32,000 bases of DNA from Alkanindiges illinoisensis DSM 15370. Lineage in GTDB: Bacteria > Pseudomonadota > Gammaproteobacteria > Pseudomonadales > Moraxellaceae. Under the pieces are notes generated by a model that did not search any database, was not told where the DNA came from, and worked only from the letters and a program-made list of their open reading frames with translations. How positions within the stretch are numbered: position 1 is the first letter of the stretch; each line of letters begins with the position of its first letter. Position numbers and translations under genes: made by a program. Positions 17,515-26,498 of the stretch are shown one piece after another. The stretch covers positions 1-32,000 of the forward strand of contig NZ_JHUX01000003.1 in assembly GCF_000619845.1 (NCBI RefSeq), given 5' to 3'.

Positions 17515-18690
17515 ATGGCAAATCAAATAGCAGTGAGTAATCTGCGTAAACCCCTATTGCTAACGACTTGTATTGCGATGGCTGTCATGGCGGGTTGTAG
17601 CAAGGGACCCAAGGTTGAAGAGCACAAGCCCAGCAAATTGCCTAAAGTGGCACAGATGCAAACCCTGACGCCTGTATTTAAAGAAAGCGTTGGTGGTAGT
17701 GAAAAGTATGATCCACTGCGCCTGCAACTGGATGCCAGTAATCAGGCCATTTATGCCGTAAGCCGTAAGGGTGAAGTGGTTGCCTATGATTTAAAAGGTA
17801 AAAAAATCTGGGAAACCCGCCCACGCAAGAAAGACAAAAATCTGACCAGTGGTGTGACCGCCGCTGACGGGCTGGTTGTCGTGGGTTCGGGTAAAGGCTA
17901 TTTGTATGGACTGGATGCCGCAACTGGTGCAGTAAAATGGCAGCGTCAATTGTCCGGTTCCATCTTGTCACCATCACTGATTCATAATGGCCGTGTTATT
18001 ACCTATGCCAACGATGGTACGGTATTTGGCACTGATGCCAGCACAGGTGAAGCAGTATGGACGTTTGACACTGCAACCACACCGTTAAGTGTACGTGGTA
18101 ATGCAGCGCCGGTACTCAGCGATGACAACACTGTGGTCATGGCCAATAATAGTGGTTATGTGTATGGCCTTGATGTGCAAAGCGGCATTCCACGCTGGCA
18201 GCGCCGTGTGGCCGTGAGTGAAGGCCGTTCTGAGGTGCAACGCCTGATCGATATTGATGGCGAGCCAGTGATTGTTGACAATAATATGTTTACAGTTAGC
18301 TATCAGGGCCAGCTCACTGCTGTGAACCTGCAATCCCAGCGTGTGATGTGGGCACAGGACACCAGCAGCCTGCGTAGTCCGGCAGTAGGTAATGGCCTGG
18401 TTTATGTCGCCACCAGTGAAGGCCATATTCAGGCATTTAATCAGGTGACTGGCGAAAAAGCCTGGGAACAAAATGCACTGGCGTATCGCAAGCTGAGTAA
18501 CCCGGTTGTAATTGGTCAGTATGTGGTGGTAGGTGACCTTGATGGCTACCTGCATCTGATTGACCCAAATACTGGCAATGTGCTGGGACGAGTACACAGC
18601 AAGGGTGAAATTACCACCATTCGTGCAATTGATAACCGCCTGTACGTGGCAACCCGTACCGGCAACTTAAGTGTGTGGCAGGCCTCCTAA
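17515..18690 (+). CDS. bamB: outer membrane protein assembly factor BamB
   Basis: Lipobox VMAGC and PQQ-like beta-propeller repeats. The ATG at 17515 with an AGGAG SD (17501-17505) fits better than the track start at 17446. Confidence 0.9.
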   Translation: MANQIAVSNLRKPLLLTTCIAMAVMAGCSKGPKVEEHKPSKLPKVAQMQTLTPVFKESVGGSEKYDPLRLQLDASNQAIYAVSRKGEVVAYDLKGKKIWETRPRKKDKNLTSGVTAADGLVVVGSGKGYLYGLDAATGAVKWQRQLSGSILSPSLIHNGRVITYANDGTVFGTDASTGEAVWTFDTATTPLSVRGNAAPVLSDDNTVVMANNSGYVYGLDVQSGIPRWQRRVAVSEGRSEVQRLIDIDGEPVIVDNNMFTVSYQGQLTAVNLQSQRVMWAQDTSSLRSPAVGNGLVYVATSEGHIQAFNQVTGEKAWEQNALAYRKLSNPVVIGQYVVVGDLDGYLHLIDPNTGNVLGRVHSKGEITTIRAIDNRLYVATRTGNLSVWQAS

Positions 18691-18693
18691 TTC

Positions 18694-20100
18694 ATGAAAC
18701 CTGTTTTGGCCTTGATTGGCCGCCCCAATGTGGGCAAATCAACGTTATTCAATCAGATTACCAAAAGCCGTAATGCGCTGGTGGCTGATATTCCCGGCCT
18801 GACGCGTGACCGTCAGTATGGTGATGCCACCTATGAAAACAAGTCTTTCATTGTGGTGGACACCGGTGGTATTGGTGAAAGCGAGCAGGGCATTGATGCC
18901 TATATGGCTGAGCAGTCACGCACAGCCATTGAAGAGGCCGACATTATCCTGTTTGTGGTCGATGCGCGTGCTGGCTTATTGGCCTCTGATGAGCAAATTG
19001 CGCGTGACCTGCGTGCACTGGGTAAAAAAGTGCATCTGGTGGCCAACAAGGTTGATGGCGTCCATGCTGAGGCAGCGGTCAGTGAATTCTTCAAGCTGGG
19101 CTTTGGCGAACCGCATCATGTGGCAGCCAGTCATGGTCGTGGCGTACAGCAACTGCTGGAAGATGTGCTGGCTGAATTGCCTGAAGATGTGCCCATTGAT
19201 GAGCAGGAGCATATCAAGGGTTTGCGTCTAGCCGTTATTGGTCGTCCCAATGTCGGCAAGTCTACACTGGTGAACCGCCTGCTGGGTGAAGACCGGGTGG
19301 TGGTGTTTGACATGCCCGGTACCACACGCGACAGTATTTACATTCCTTACGAGCGGCAGGGACGGCAATATACCCTGATTGATACCGCGGGTGTGCGTCG
19401 CCGTGGCCGCGTCAATGAGATGATTGAAAAGTTCTCAGTGGTTAAAACTCTGCAAGCCATCAAGGATGCGCATGTGGTGGTGGTGGTGCTGGATGCGCGG
19501 GAAGGAATTGTTGAGCAGGATTTACACCTGCTGGGCTTTGCGCTGGAAGCTGGCCGTGCCGTGGTGATTGCCATTAACAAGTGGGATGGCATGACTGAGT
19601 ATGACCGTGGTCAGGTCAAGGAAGCGGTAGAGCGCCGTTTTGACTTTATTCCGTGGGCAAAAATCCACCTGATTTCAGCATTGCATGGCACAGGTGTAGG
19701 CGATTTATATCCGTCTATTCATCGGGCTTATGATGCGGCGATGACCAAGATTCCAACACCAAAACTGACCAAAATTCTGGAAGATGCCGTTGAACAACAC
19801 CAGCCACCCATGATCAGTGGCCGCCGGATCAAGCTGCGTTATGCCCATATGGGCGGGTTAAACCCACCATTAATTGTGATTCATGGTAATCAGACCGAAA
19901 AAGTTCCGGCTGACTATCGCCGCTATCTGGAAAATGTGTTTCGCAAGGTTTTCAAGCTGGAGGGTACACCCATTCAAATTGAATTCAAGGCAGGTACTAA
20001 CCCGTTTGAAGGACGTCGTACACAGGTGGATGCCCGTGTTGCCGACCGCAAGCGGCGTTATGTACAAAAGTTCAAAAAAATGGAAAAGAAACGTCGCTAA
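18694..20100 (+). CDS. der: ribosome biogenesis GTPase Der (EngA), two GTPase domains
   Basis: Two G1 motifs, GRPNVGKST (both copies), plus DTGG/DTAG and NKVD/NKWD. Confidence 0.96.
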   Translation: MKPVLALIGRPNVGKSTLFNQITKSRNALVADIPGLTRDRQYGDATYENKSFIVVDTGGIGESEQGIDAYMAEQSRTAIEEADIILFVVDARAGLLASDEQIARDLRALGKKVHLVANKVDGVHAEAAVSEFFKLGFGEPHHVAASHGRGVQQLLEDVLAELPEDVPIDEQEHIKGLRLAVIGRPNVGKSTLVNRLLGEDRVVVFDMPGTTRDSIYIPYERQGRQYTLIDTAGVRRRGRVNEMIEKFSVVKTLQAIKDAHVVVVVLDAREGIVEQDLHLLGFALEAGRAVVIAINKWDGMTEYDRGQVKEAVERRFDFIPWAKIHLISALHGTGVGDLYPSIHRAYDAAMTKIPTPKLTKILEDAVEQHQPPMISGRRIKLRYAHMGGLNPPLIVIHGNQTEKVPADYRRYLENVFRKVFKLEGTPIQIEFKAGTNPFEGRRTQVDARVADRKRRYVQKFKKMEKKRR

Positions 20101-20115
20101 TGCGGCGTTTTTTCT
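20090..20115 (+). terminator. probable terminator overlapping the der stop codon
   Basis: ACGTCGC (20091-20097) / GCGGCGT (20102-20108) with one G-U pair, followed by TTTTTT. Confidence 0.55.
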
Positions 20116-20156
20116 TTGTATGATCATAAGCTATTCCCTAGCAAGCAGGCAGCATC

Positions 20157-21065
20157 ATGCAATTTATATTAAAAGCCTTTCAGGAAGTTGAGGGGCTGGG
20201 TGCTGCTTCCGGACTGGTTTATCAGCATCCCCGCCTTTACCTGATTTCAGATTACAGTAGCTATTTGTACTGCTATGAGTTAGAACAGGGCCAGCTAAAT
20301 AAAATTGCACTGTTTGCTGATAGCCGTGACTTTATTCCCAAGCCTGAAAAATTTGATTTTGAGGCTATTCTTGAGTATGACAATGCCTTGTTGTTGTTAG
20401 GCTCGGGTTCTACCCCGCGCCGTAATGCGCTGGTGCGCCATGATTTATCAGATTCCAAGGCAAATCAAGGCAGCAGTGGAGTAACCCGGCAGTATGACCT
20501 GTCTGCACTATATGAGAAGTTCAGGCAAACCGCCCAGTTAAATGATGATGAGCTTAATATTGAAGGGGCAATATACCATCAGTCCCAGTGGCTGTTGTTC
20601 CAGCGTGGTAATGGCACACAAGCACAAAATGGCATTTTTATCGTGCAGGGTAATATTGTTCAGGATTTAATTTTATCCGGCGACGTCCGGCCCGATGGCA
20701 GCATTCAGCCCAATAACATTGTTCAAGCTATAGAATTTGTACCGCTGCAATTACCCGTTGTGAATCAGGTATCCAGTGGTTTTACCGATGCTATTCTGGT
20801 AGGGGAAACTATTTATTTTCTGGCAACTGCAGAAAACAGTAGTTCAACCTATGATGATGGAGAAGTGCTGGGCAGTTATATCGGCTACATGGATTTAAAT
20901 ACAAAAACCATTCAGGACGTGCAGTTAATCAGTACTTGTCACAAGTTTGAAGGCCTGGCCCTGTATCAGCAAACGCCTCATAAGCTGGAATTTTTATTGT
21001 GTGAAGACAACGACACAGAACAGTTAAGCACCACCATTTATAAATTAACTTTGGCGCAGGATTAA
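20157..21065 (+). CDS. hypothetical protein, possibly beta-propeller-like
   Basis: Long ORF with coding-like composition and no signal peptide. Recurring hydrophobic-strand/EG motifs (NIEGAIY, FEGLAL) faintly resemble phytase-like/SdiA-regulated propeller families. No firm family assignment. Confidence 0.5.
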   Translation: MQFILKAFQEVEGLGAASGLVYQHPRLYLISDYSSYLYCYELEQGQLNKIALFADSRDFIPKPEKFDFEAILEYDNALLLLGSGSTPRRNALVRHDLSDSKANQGSSGVTRQYDLSALYEKFRQTAQLNDDELNIEGAIYHQSQWLLFQRGNGTQAQNGIFIVQGNIVQDLILSGDVRPDGSIQPNNIVQAIEFVPLQLPVVNQVSSGFTDAILVGETIYFLATAENSSSTYDDGEVLGSYIGYMDLNTKTIQDVQLISTCHKFEGLALYQQTPHKLEFLLCEDNDTEQLSTTIYKLTLAQD

Positions 21066-21107
21066 TGGCTGGCCTGTTTTTCTCTGATATCAAGTGATAG
21101 GGCTACG

Positions 21108-21776
21108 ATGACAAATAGCCTGTTAATTCATATTGCCTTGCGTCATATCCGGCCTGAAACTCTGAATCACTTGCAGGTTAATGCGGTAGATCACAATAAT
21201 TTAGCCACTAATCCGCAGCGCAGGATGGAGCAGCTCATCAGCCGGAGCTGGCGGCGGCAAATTCTGGCCACGCAGCTTGATCAATCCCCAGAAAATCTGT
21301 GCTTTGCAAAAGATAGCTATGGTAAGCCTTATTTAGTGAATACCCCAAACCTGCAATTTAGCCAGTCGCATTGTGCGCAGCAGTTTGTTCTGGTTTTTAA
21401 TCAACAGCGCATTGCTATTGGTGTGGATATTGAGGCCAGACAGCGGACTATCAATCTGGCAGGATTGGCAAAGCGTATACTTACCGCAGCGGAAATGCAG
21501 GTTTTTACCCAGGCTGCAAACCCACAGGCTTATTTATTAAAATGCTGGACGATTAAAGAAGCAGTGCTTAAGGCTAGCGGACTGGGCATTCGCTTAAACC
21601 TGAATACGCTGGAAACACACTATAGCGGCTCTGAACCTCATACTAATAGTGCTGTGGCTTATCAGGCAGCTATTGGGGAATGGGCGTATCAGTGTTTTGC
21701 AACAGAAGCCTATTACTATAGCGTGGCATGGCAACATCATTCAGCACAGCAGGTGAGCTTTAACTGGTTGCCTTGA
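21108..21776 (+). CDS. 4'-phosphopantetheinyl transferase, Sfp/EntD type
   Basis: Motifs FSQSH, GVDIE and W-x-IKEAVLKA. Confidence 0.8.
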   Translation: MTNSLLIHIALRHIRPETLNHLQVNAVDHNNLATNPQRRMEQLISRSWRRQILATQLDQSPENLCFAKDSYGKPYLVNTPNLQFSQSHCAQQFVLVFNQQRIAIGVDIEARQRTINLAGLAKRILTAAEMQVFTQAANPQAYLLKCWTIKEAVLKASGLGIRLNLNTLETHYSGSEPHTNSAVAYQAAIGEWAYQCFATEAYYYSVAWQHHSAQQVSFNWLP

Positions 21777-21831
21777 AATTTTATCAGGCATTACCCTTAT
21801 AAAGCAGTGAAAAAACAGGATGAACAGGCAT

Positions 21832-21880
21832 AAAAAAGCCTGCTGGTTAATATAAGGAATCCTATTAACCAGCAGGCTTT
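21832..21880 (-). terminator. terminator of secF (perfect 18-bp stem), possibly bidirectional
   Basis: AAAGCCTGCTGGTTAATA (21835-21852) pairs with TATTAACCAGCAGGCTTT (21863-21880) around a 10-nt loop. The A-run on the plus strand gives a T-run on the minus strand. Confidence 0.75.
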
Positions 21881-21918
21881 AAGGTGCTAACCCTTAAGCA
21901 GGATTAAAACAGCATTAA

Positions 21919-22905
21919 TCAAGGTACTACATCAGTTTCTTCAAATTCAGGCTTTACCTGAACTATAAAATCCTGACGGTTTAGACCACGCCACAGGGCA
22001 TAGGAAGTACCAATATAAATGGACGAGTAGGTACCAACAAACAGACCAACCAGCATTGCCACCGCAAACCAGAACAGGCCATCACCGCCTAAAAACAGCA
22101 TGGCCAGATCAACCAGTAATACCGTAGTCACCGTCATGATGGTACGGCGCAGGGTTTCAGTCAGGGATATATCCACCACTTCAACCGGGTCAGCGCCACG
22201 AATCTTGCGGAAATTTTCACGGATCCGGTCTGATACCACAATACTGTCGTTGAGTGAGTAACCAATCAGGGCCAGTACGGCTGCCAGTACAGTCAGGTCA
22301 AATGGCCAGCCGAAAATGGCAAAAATACCCACGGTTACAATGGTGTCATGCAGCAGGGAAATAACTGCACCAACGGCCAGCTTGAATTCAAAGCGAATGG
22401 TTACATACACCAGCATAAGGATTAGCGCTAGTGCCACTGCACCTACTGAGCGAATGTATAGCTCGTTACCTACCTGTGAACCTACAGCATCCACTTTTTG
22501 TACTGTGGCTGTATTGCTTGGTAACTGTACGGCGCGATTCAGGCGGGCGCTAAGGTCTTCACCTTCCTGTGCCGGCATGCGAACAATCAGGTCACGCTGG
22601 GTGCCCAGAAACTGCACTACAGGCTCTTTAAAACCGGCGTTTTCCAGTGCATTGATCACCTGCTTTTGCTCAACTGGCTGGCTGTAATTAATTTCAGCCG
22701 AGACACCGCCAGTAAAATCCAGCCCAAGGTTTAAGCCTTTGGTAAAAATAAAGCCAAGGCAAACCAGGCTAAACACCAGCGAAAAAATAGCCGCTGGCGT
22801 TTTAAAACGCATAAAGTGAATGACAGGTTCATTACCGCGACGGCCATATTCACGTGGCTGGTTGGTGGTTGCAGGCGTATCGGGTTGAGCAGTTGATTTT
22901 TTCAT
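21919..22905 (-). CDS. secF: protein translocase subunit SecF
   Basis: Typical SecF sequence (LGLDFTGG...IGYSLNDSIVVSDRIRE). I chose the ATG at 22905 with a GAGGAGA SD; the track start is a TTG 15 nt upstream. Confidence 0.93.
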   Translation of the reverse strand: MKKSTAQPDTPATTNQPREYGRRGNEPVIHFMRFKTPAAIFSLVFSLVCLGFIFTKGLNLGLDFTGGVSAEINYSQPVEQKQVINALENAGFKEPVVQFLGTQRDLIVRMPAQEGEDLSARLNRAVQLPSNTATVQKVDAVGSQVGNELYIRSVGAVALALILMLVYVTIRFEFKLAVGAVISLLHDTIVTVGIFAIFGWPFDLTVLAAVLALIGYSLNDSIVVSDRIRENFRKIRGADPVEVVDISLTETLRRTIMTVTTVLLVDLAMLFLGGDGLFWFAVAMLVGLFVGTYSSIYIGTSYALWRGLNRQDFIVQVKPEFEETDVVP

Positions 22906-22916
22906 GGACGTTCTCC

Positions 22917-24785
22917 TCAAATGCTCAAGTGGTCAATACGGCGCTTGCCGTACACCAGTTGTACTATGCCACGGGTGACTGTAATGGCGGTGAACATGGA
23001 ACAGATAATGCCAATCGCCAGTGTGACCGCAAACCCTTTGATTGGACCTGTACCAATGGCAAACAGGATAAAAGCCACCAGTAAGGTTGTCAGGTTAGAG
23101 TCAAAAATGGTGGTATAGGCGCGGTCATAACCCGCCACAATGGCCTGCTTGGGTGAGGCTCCCCAGCGAATTTCTTCGCGGATTCGCTCACAAATCAGCA
23201 CGTTGGCATCCACCGCCATACCAATGGTCAGCACAATGCCGGCAATACCGGGCAGCGACAGGGCCGCACCAATCCATGACATGACGGTGAGAATCATGGC
23301 AAGGTTCATAAACAGTGCCACGTTGGCAATTAAGCCAAACACGCGGTAGAACACGATCATGAACAGGGCAACCAGTACAAAACCAACCTGGGTAGATAAA
23401 ATCCCCTTGTCAATATTGTCCTGACCCAGGCTTGGACCAACGGTACGTTCTTCTACGAAGTACATGGGGGCAGCCAAAGCACCTGCACGCAGTAACAATG
23501 CAAGCTCAGAAGCTTCCTGTGGCGTGCCGACGCCGGTAATGCGGAAGCTTGAACCCAGCACCGCCTGAATGGTGGCGCGGTTGATCACAACACTTTCGAT
23601 ATAAGGCGTACGGGTTTCCACCGTTTTACCGGTTGCTGGATCAGTCACATAGCTAATGCGCTGCTTGTTTTCAATAAACAGCACCGCCATTTGCTTGCCA
23701 ACTGCATTACGGGTGGCATCAGCCATCAGCTTGCCACCTGCAGTATCCAGCGTGATGTTGACTTCAGGCTGGTTGTTTTCATCATAGCCACTCATGGCAT
23801 TTTGCACACGCTCACCAGTGACAATGCGCTGGCGTTTTAGCAAAATGGTAGGGCCATCCAGTTTTTCAAACGGGAAAGCCTGAGTACCAGCAGGCACGGG
23901 GCCACCTGCATAGGTGTCTGCCTGTTCAGATACTAAACGGAATTCAAGATTGGCGGTGCGGCCCAGTACACGCTTGGCTTCAGCCGTGTCCTGTACACCG
24001 GGCAAGTCCACCACAATGCGATTGCTACCCTGACTTTGTACCAATGCTTCAGCCACGCCCAGCTCGTTAATCCGGTTGCGCAGAGTGGTTAAGTTCTGAT
24101 TCACCGCGTACTGGTTGATTTCCTGCAAGCGGGCTTCGGTATATTTTAATTGCAGGATCGGACCATCAGTGGAAGCCAGTGACTGAATGCTAAAGTCATT
24201 ACTCTGGCGGCGCAGTACACTGACTGCATTGTCACGGTCTGTGGTGTTGGCAAAGCTCACCACAATGTTGTCTTTGTTTTGGCTTACCGCATTAAAGTTG
24301 ACCTTGTTGTCACGCAGGTTACGGCGAATATCTGCTGTAGCGGTTTCCAGCCGTTGTTCCAGTGCCTTGCTCATGTCCACTTCCAGCAGGAAATGTACCC
24401 CGCCGCGTAAGTCCAGCCCCAGCTTCATGGGTTTGGCACCAATGGCCTGTAACCATGCCGGGGTGGTAGGTGCAAGATTTAGTGCAACAACATAATTTTC
24501 ACCCAGTTCACGGCGTAATACTTCCTGTGCCTTAAGCTGGTCTTCACTGGTACGCACGCGAAGCAGTGCCGCATTCTGGCCAAAACTGCCGTCATGGGTT
24601 GCAATACTGGCGCTTTTTAGGATTTGTTCTGCACGGTTCAATACCGTCTGGTCGATCTGGCTTCCTGCCTTGGCGCCTGAAATCTGAACCGCTGGCTCGT
24701 CAGGATAGAGACTGGGCAGGGCATATAATGTACTGATGACCAGAACAAAAAGGATCAGTACATATTTCCACGCTGGATAACGCAT
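22917..24785 (-). CDS. secD: protein translocase subunit SecD
   Basis: MRYPAWKYVLILFVLVISTLYALP..., LGLDLRGGVHF and a C-terminal 6-TM domain. The ATG at 24785 was chosen by homology. Confidence 0.93.
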   Translation of the reverse strand: MRYPAWKYVLILFVLVISTLYALPSLYPDEPAVQISGAKAGSQIDQTVLNRAEQILKSASIATHDGSFGQNAALLRVRTSEDQLKAQEVLRRELGENYVVALNLAPTTPAWLQAIGAKPMKLGLDLRGGVHFLLEVDMSKALEQRLETATADIRRNLRDNKVNFNAVSQNKDNIVVSFANTTDRDNAVSVLRRQSNDFSIQSLASTDGPILQLKYTEARLQEINQYAVNQNLTTLRNRINELGVAEALVQSQGSNRIVVDLPGVQDTAEAKRVLGRTANLEFRLVSEQADTYAGGPVPAGTQAFPFEKLDGPTILLKRQRIVTGERVQNAMSGYDENNQPEVNITLDTAGGKLMADATRNAVGKQMAVLFIENKQRISYVTDPATGKTVETRTPYIESVVINRATIQAVLGSSFRITGVGTPQEASELALLLRAGALAAPMYFVEERTVGPSLGQDNIDKGILSTQVGFVLVALFMIVFYRVFGLIANVALFMNLAMILTVMSWIGAALSLPGIAGIVLTIGMAVDANVLICERIREEIRWGASPKQAIVAGYDRAYTTIFDSNLTTLLVAFILFAIGTGPIKGFAVTLAIGIICSMFTAITVTRGIVQLVYGKRRIDHLSI

Positions 24786-24802
24786 TTGAATTCTACTTAA
24801 TG

Positions 24803-24829
24803 AAAAAAGGGATTGCGAAACCAATCCCT
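24803..24829 (-). terminator. terminator-like hairpin inside the yajC-secD gap (possible partial terminator)
   Basis: Minus strand: AGGGATTG-GTTTCG-CAATCCCT (perfect 8-bp stem) followed by TTTTT. It lies between the yajC stop (24836) and the secD start (24785). Confidence 0.5.
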
Positions 24830-24835
24830 ATAAAA

Positions 24836-25165
24836 TTACAGACTGTTGAGGGTGCCTTCTGGCAATACGGAAATGACCGCAGCTTTTTGAATTTTTACTT
24901 CATTGCCACGGTTGAGTTCAACCACCGCATAGTCCCCTTCCACCTTGGTAATGCGGCCCATTAATCCACCGGCAAATACCACTTCACTGCCCACGCTGAC
25001 ACTGTCAACCATTGCGCGGTGTTCCTTGGTGCGCTTGGCTTGTGGACGCCAGATCAGGAAATAGAAAATCAGGATAAAACCAACCATCATCAGGATGGAT
25101 GGCAGCGGACTCTGCTGGCCAGCCGCAGGAGCAGCCGCGTAGGCTGTGGAAATAAATAAACTCAT
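24836..25165 (-). CDS. yajC: preprotein translocase subunit YajC
   Basis: MSLFISTAYA...MMVGFILIFYFLIWRPQAKRTKEHR...GGLMGRITKV is a typical YajC sequence. The ATG at 25165 was chosen. Confidence 0.9.
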   Translation of the reverse strand: MSLFISTAYAAAPAAGQQSPLPSILMMVGFILIFYFLIWRPQAKRTKEHRAMVDSVSVGSEVVFAGGLMGRITKVEGDYAVVELNRGNEVKIQKAAVISVLPEGTLNSL

Positions 25166-25236
25166 TAACGAACCCTTCAAGCAGTGACAAAGTTAACTTC
25201 TGCCACGAATAAAAATACAACGAATACTGGTGCTGC

Positions 25237-25265
25237 AATTTACCTTGTCTGGACTTTTGACGCAA
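25237..25265 (-). promoter_or_regulatory. candidate sigma70 promoter for yajC-secDF
   Basis: Minus strand: TTGCGT (25265-25260), 17 bp, TAAATT (25242-25237). Hexamer matches only. Confidence 0.25.
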
Positions 25266-25407
25266 ATGGTTCAGACCTAAGGCATCATTTATTCACAAAA
25301 AAGTGGACTGATTCTCATCTCGGATCGCGATGCTGAAAAATACTGCTAAAACCCTTCCTGAGAAAGAACCATAGCGTTGGCAAAAGGCTTCCATCAAGTT
25401 GTTATTG

Positions 25408-26046
25408 TCAATGATTTTTCAGGCTACGAAATGAAGAAAATCCCGAAGGTGTCAGCACGGCATCCAGCGGTTGATCCCACGGCTGCCGCTCAAGATACTC
25501 AGTTTGCTGGAAGTCATAGGCCAGCCCTAACCGGTAAGCCTTGTGCTTTTTCCATAAGGTACGGTCATAGTAGCCGCCGCCCATACCAACTCGGGAGCCA
25601 TATTTGTCAAAAGCCAATAGCGGCATAATCAGCAAATCCAACCGGTTAACGCTAATACTACGTTGCCGGGGTTCATGCATGCCTAGTCGATGAATGGAAA
25701 AACGCCGGTTTTGCCACTGCTGGCGATTGATGCGCACCCATTGCAGTTTCTGGTCAAAATTACGGATTTGCGGCAGGTAAATGTTTTTCTGTTGCTTTAA
25801 GCCTAGTTTAATAATGGCTTGAGTGGGGACTTCACCAAAGGCGCTCAGGTAAATACCAATATGGCGCGCTTGCCGAAATACTGCCTGCCTGCGCAGACGC
25901 TGAGCCACCTTGCGGCCTGCCTGCTGCCGGATGCGCTGGGATAAAGCACGGCGTTGCTTGCGTAATTGCTGGCGTAAATGCTTAAGCTGTTCTGGGGTCA
26001 TGTGTTGATTGTCTTGGCTTTTAGTCAGATTTAGATGTAACGTCAT
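25408..26046 (-). CDS. ygfA: 5-formyltetrahydrofolate cyclo-ligase
   Basis: LDLLIMPLLAFDKYGSRVGMGGGYYDRTL and an N-terminal LRKQRRAL segment align with E. coli YgfA. The start is either 26046 (overlapping the cueR-like gene by 26 nt) or 26001. Confidence 0.85.
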   Translation of the reverse strand: MTLHLNLTKSQDNQHMTPEQLKHLRQQLRKQRRALSQRIRQQAGRKVAQRLRRQAVFRQARHIGIYLSAFGEVPTQAIIKLGLKQQKNIYLPQIRNFDQKLQWVRINRQQWQNRRFSIHRLGMHEPRQRSISVNRLDLLIMPLLAFDKYGSRVGMGGGYYDRTLWKKHKAYRLGLAYDFQQTEYLERQPWDQPLDAVLTPSGFSSFRSLKNH

Positions 26047-26419
26047 TTAAAGCCTGCAAAATTGGACAATTGGCATTGGTAGAATGCTCACATTCATCAA
26101 TCCAGGTGCTCAGGCGATGTTGCAAATGTTGCAGCTCATCAATACGGTGCTGGATTTCATGCAGGCGATTTTTAATGACTTCACGCACGCGCTGCTTGTC
26201 CTGCATGCCATCCAGTGCCAGCAACTCGGCAATTTCATTGAGTTGCAAGCCGGCCTGTTTGGCCCGTTTAATAAATAACAGGCGCTCAAGATCGTTTTCC
26301 TGATAGTAGCGATAAGCCTGGGTACTTTCAGGAATTCGCAGTAAGCCAATGCGCTGGTAATAACGGATGGTTTCATTGGAAACCCCGGCCTGTTTGGCCA
26401 GTTTGCCAATGGTGAGCAT
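26021..26419 (-). CDS. MerR-family heavy-metal-responsive regulator, CueR-like metal loop
   Basis: MLTIGKLAKQAGVSNETIRYYQRIGLL HTH. The only two cysteines form C-x7-C followed by PI (CEHSTNANCPI), as in CueR. It is divergent from the P-type ATPase gene. Confidence 0.85.
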   Translation of the reverse strand: MLTIGKLAKQAGVSNETIRYYQRIGLLRIPESTQAYRYYQENDLERLLFIKRAKQAGLQLNEIAELLALDGMQDKQRVREVIKNRLHEIQHRIDELQHLQHRLSTWIDECEHSTNANCPILQALNDVTSKSD

Positions 26420-26498
26420 GGAAATTGCGACCTCATGATTGAGCAAAAATGAATCGTTAAAAAAATTGCTGCTGACAAAACATGGTTACAAAGTGGAC

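Noticed and set aside
18085-18597. 170-aa ORF antisense to bamB. Similar long antisense or alternative-frame ORFs occur at 15469-15909, 12505-12846, 13223-13561, 14829-15182, 17678-17977, 29855-30248 and 31074-31412.
   Set aside because: All lie fully inside well-supported conserved genes. Their translations are Cys/His/Arg/Trp-rich with no recognisable motifs, and they lack SD sequences. These are typical shadow ORFs.
21863-21880. Recurrent TTA(A/G)CCA(A)GCAGG(C/A)T-like strings at 454-465, 21866-21879 and 29180-29193, which hint at a REP-like repeat family.
   Set aside because: The shared core is only about 8-10 nt with mismatches, and each copy is already explained as one arm of a local hairpin. 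Three weak matches in 32 kb are not enough to call a repeat family without a genome-wide count.
25166-25407. Possible 6S RNA or other sRNA/riboswitch in the 240-bp gap between ygfA and yajC.
   Set aside because: I found only weak, short complementarities (for example TTCTCATCTCGG with CCTGAGAAAGAA, imperfect) and an 8-bp ATCGCGAT palindrome. Nothing resembles the long closing stem and central bubble of 6S RNA. A covariance-model search is needed to be sure.
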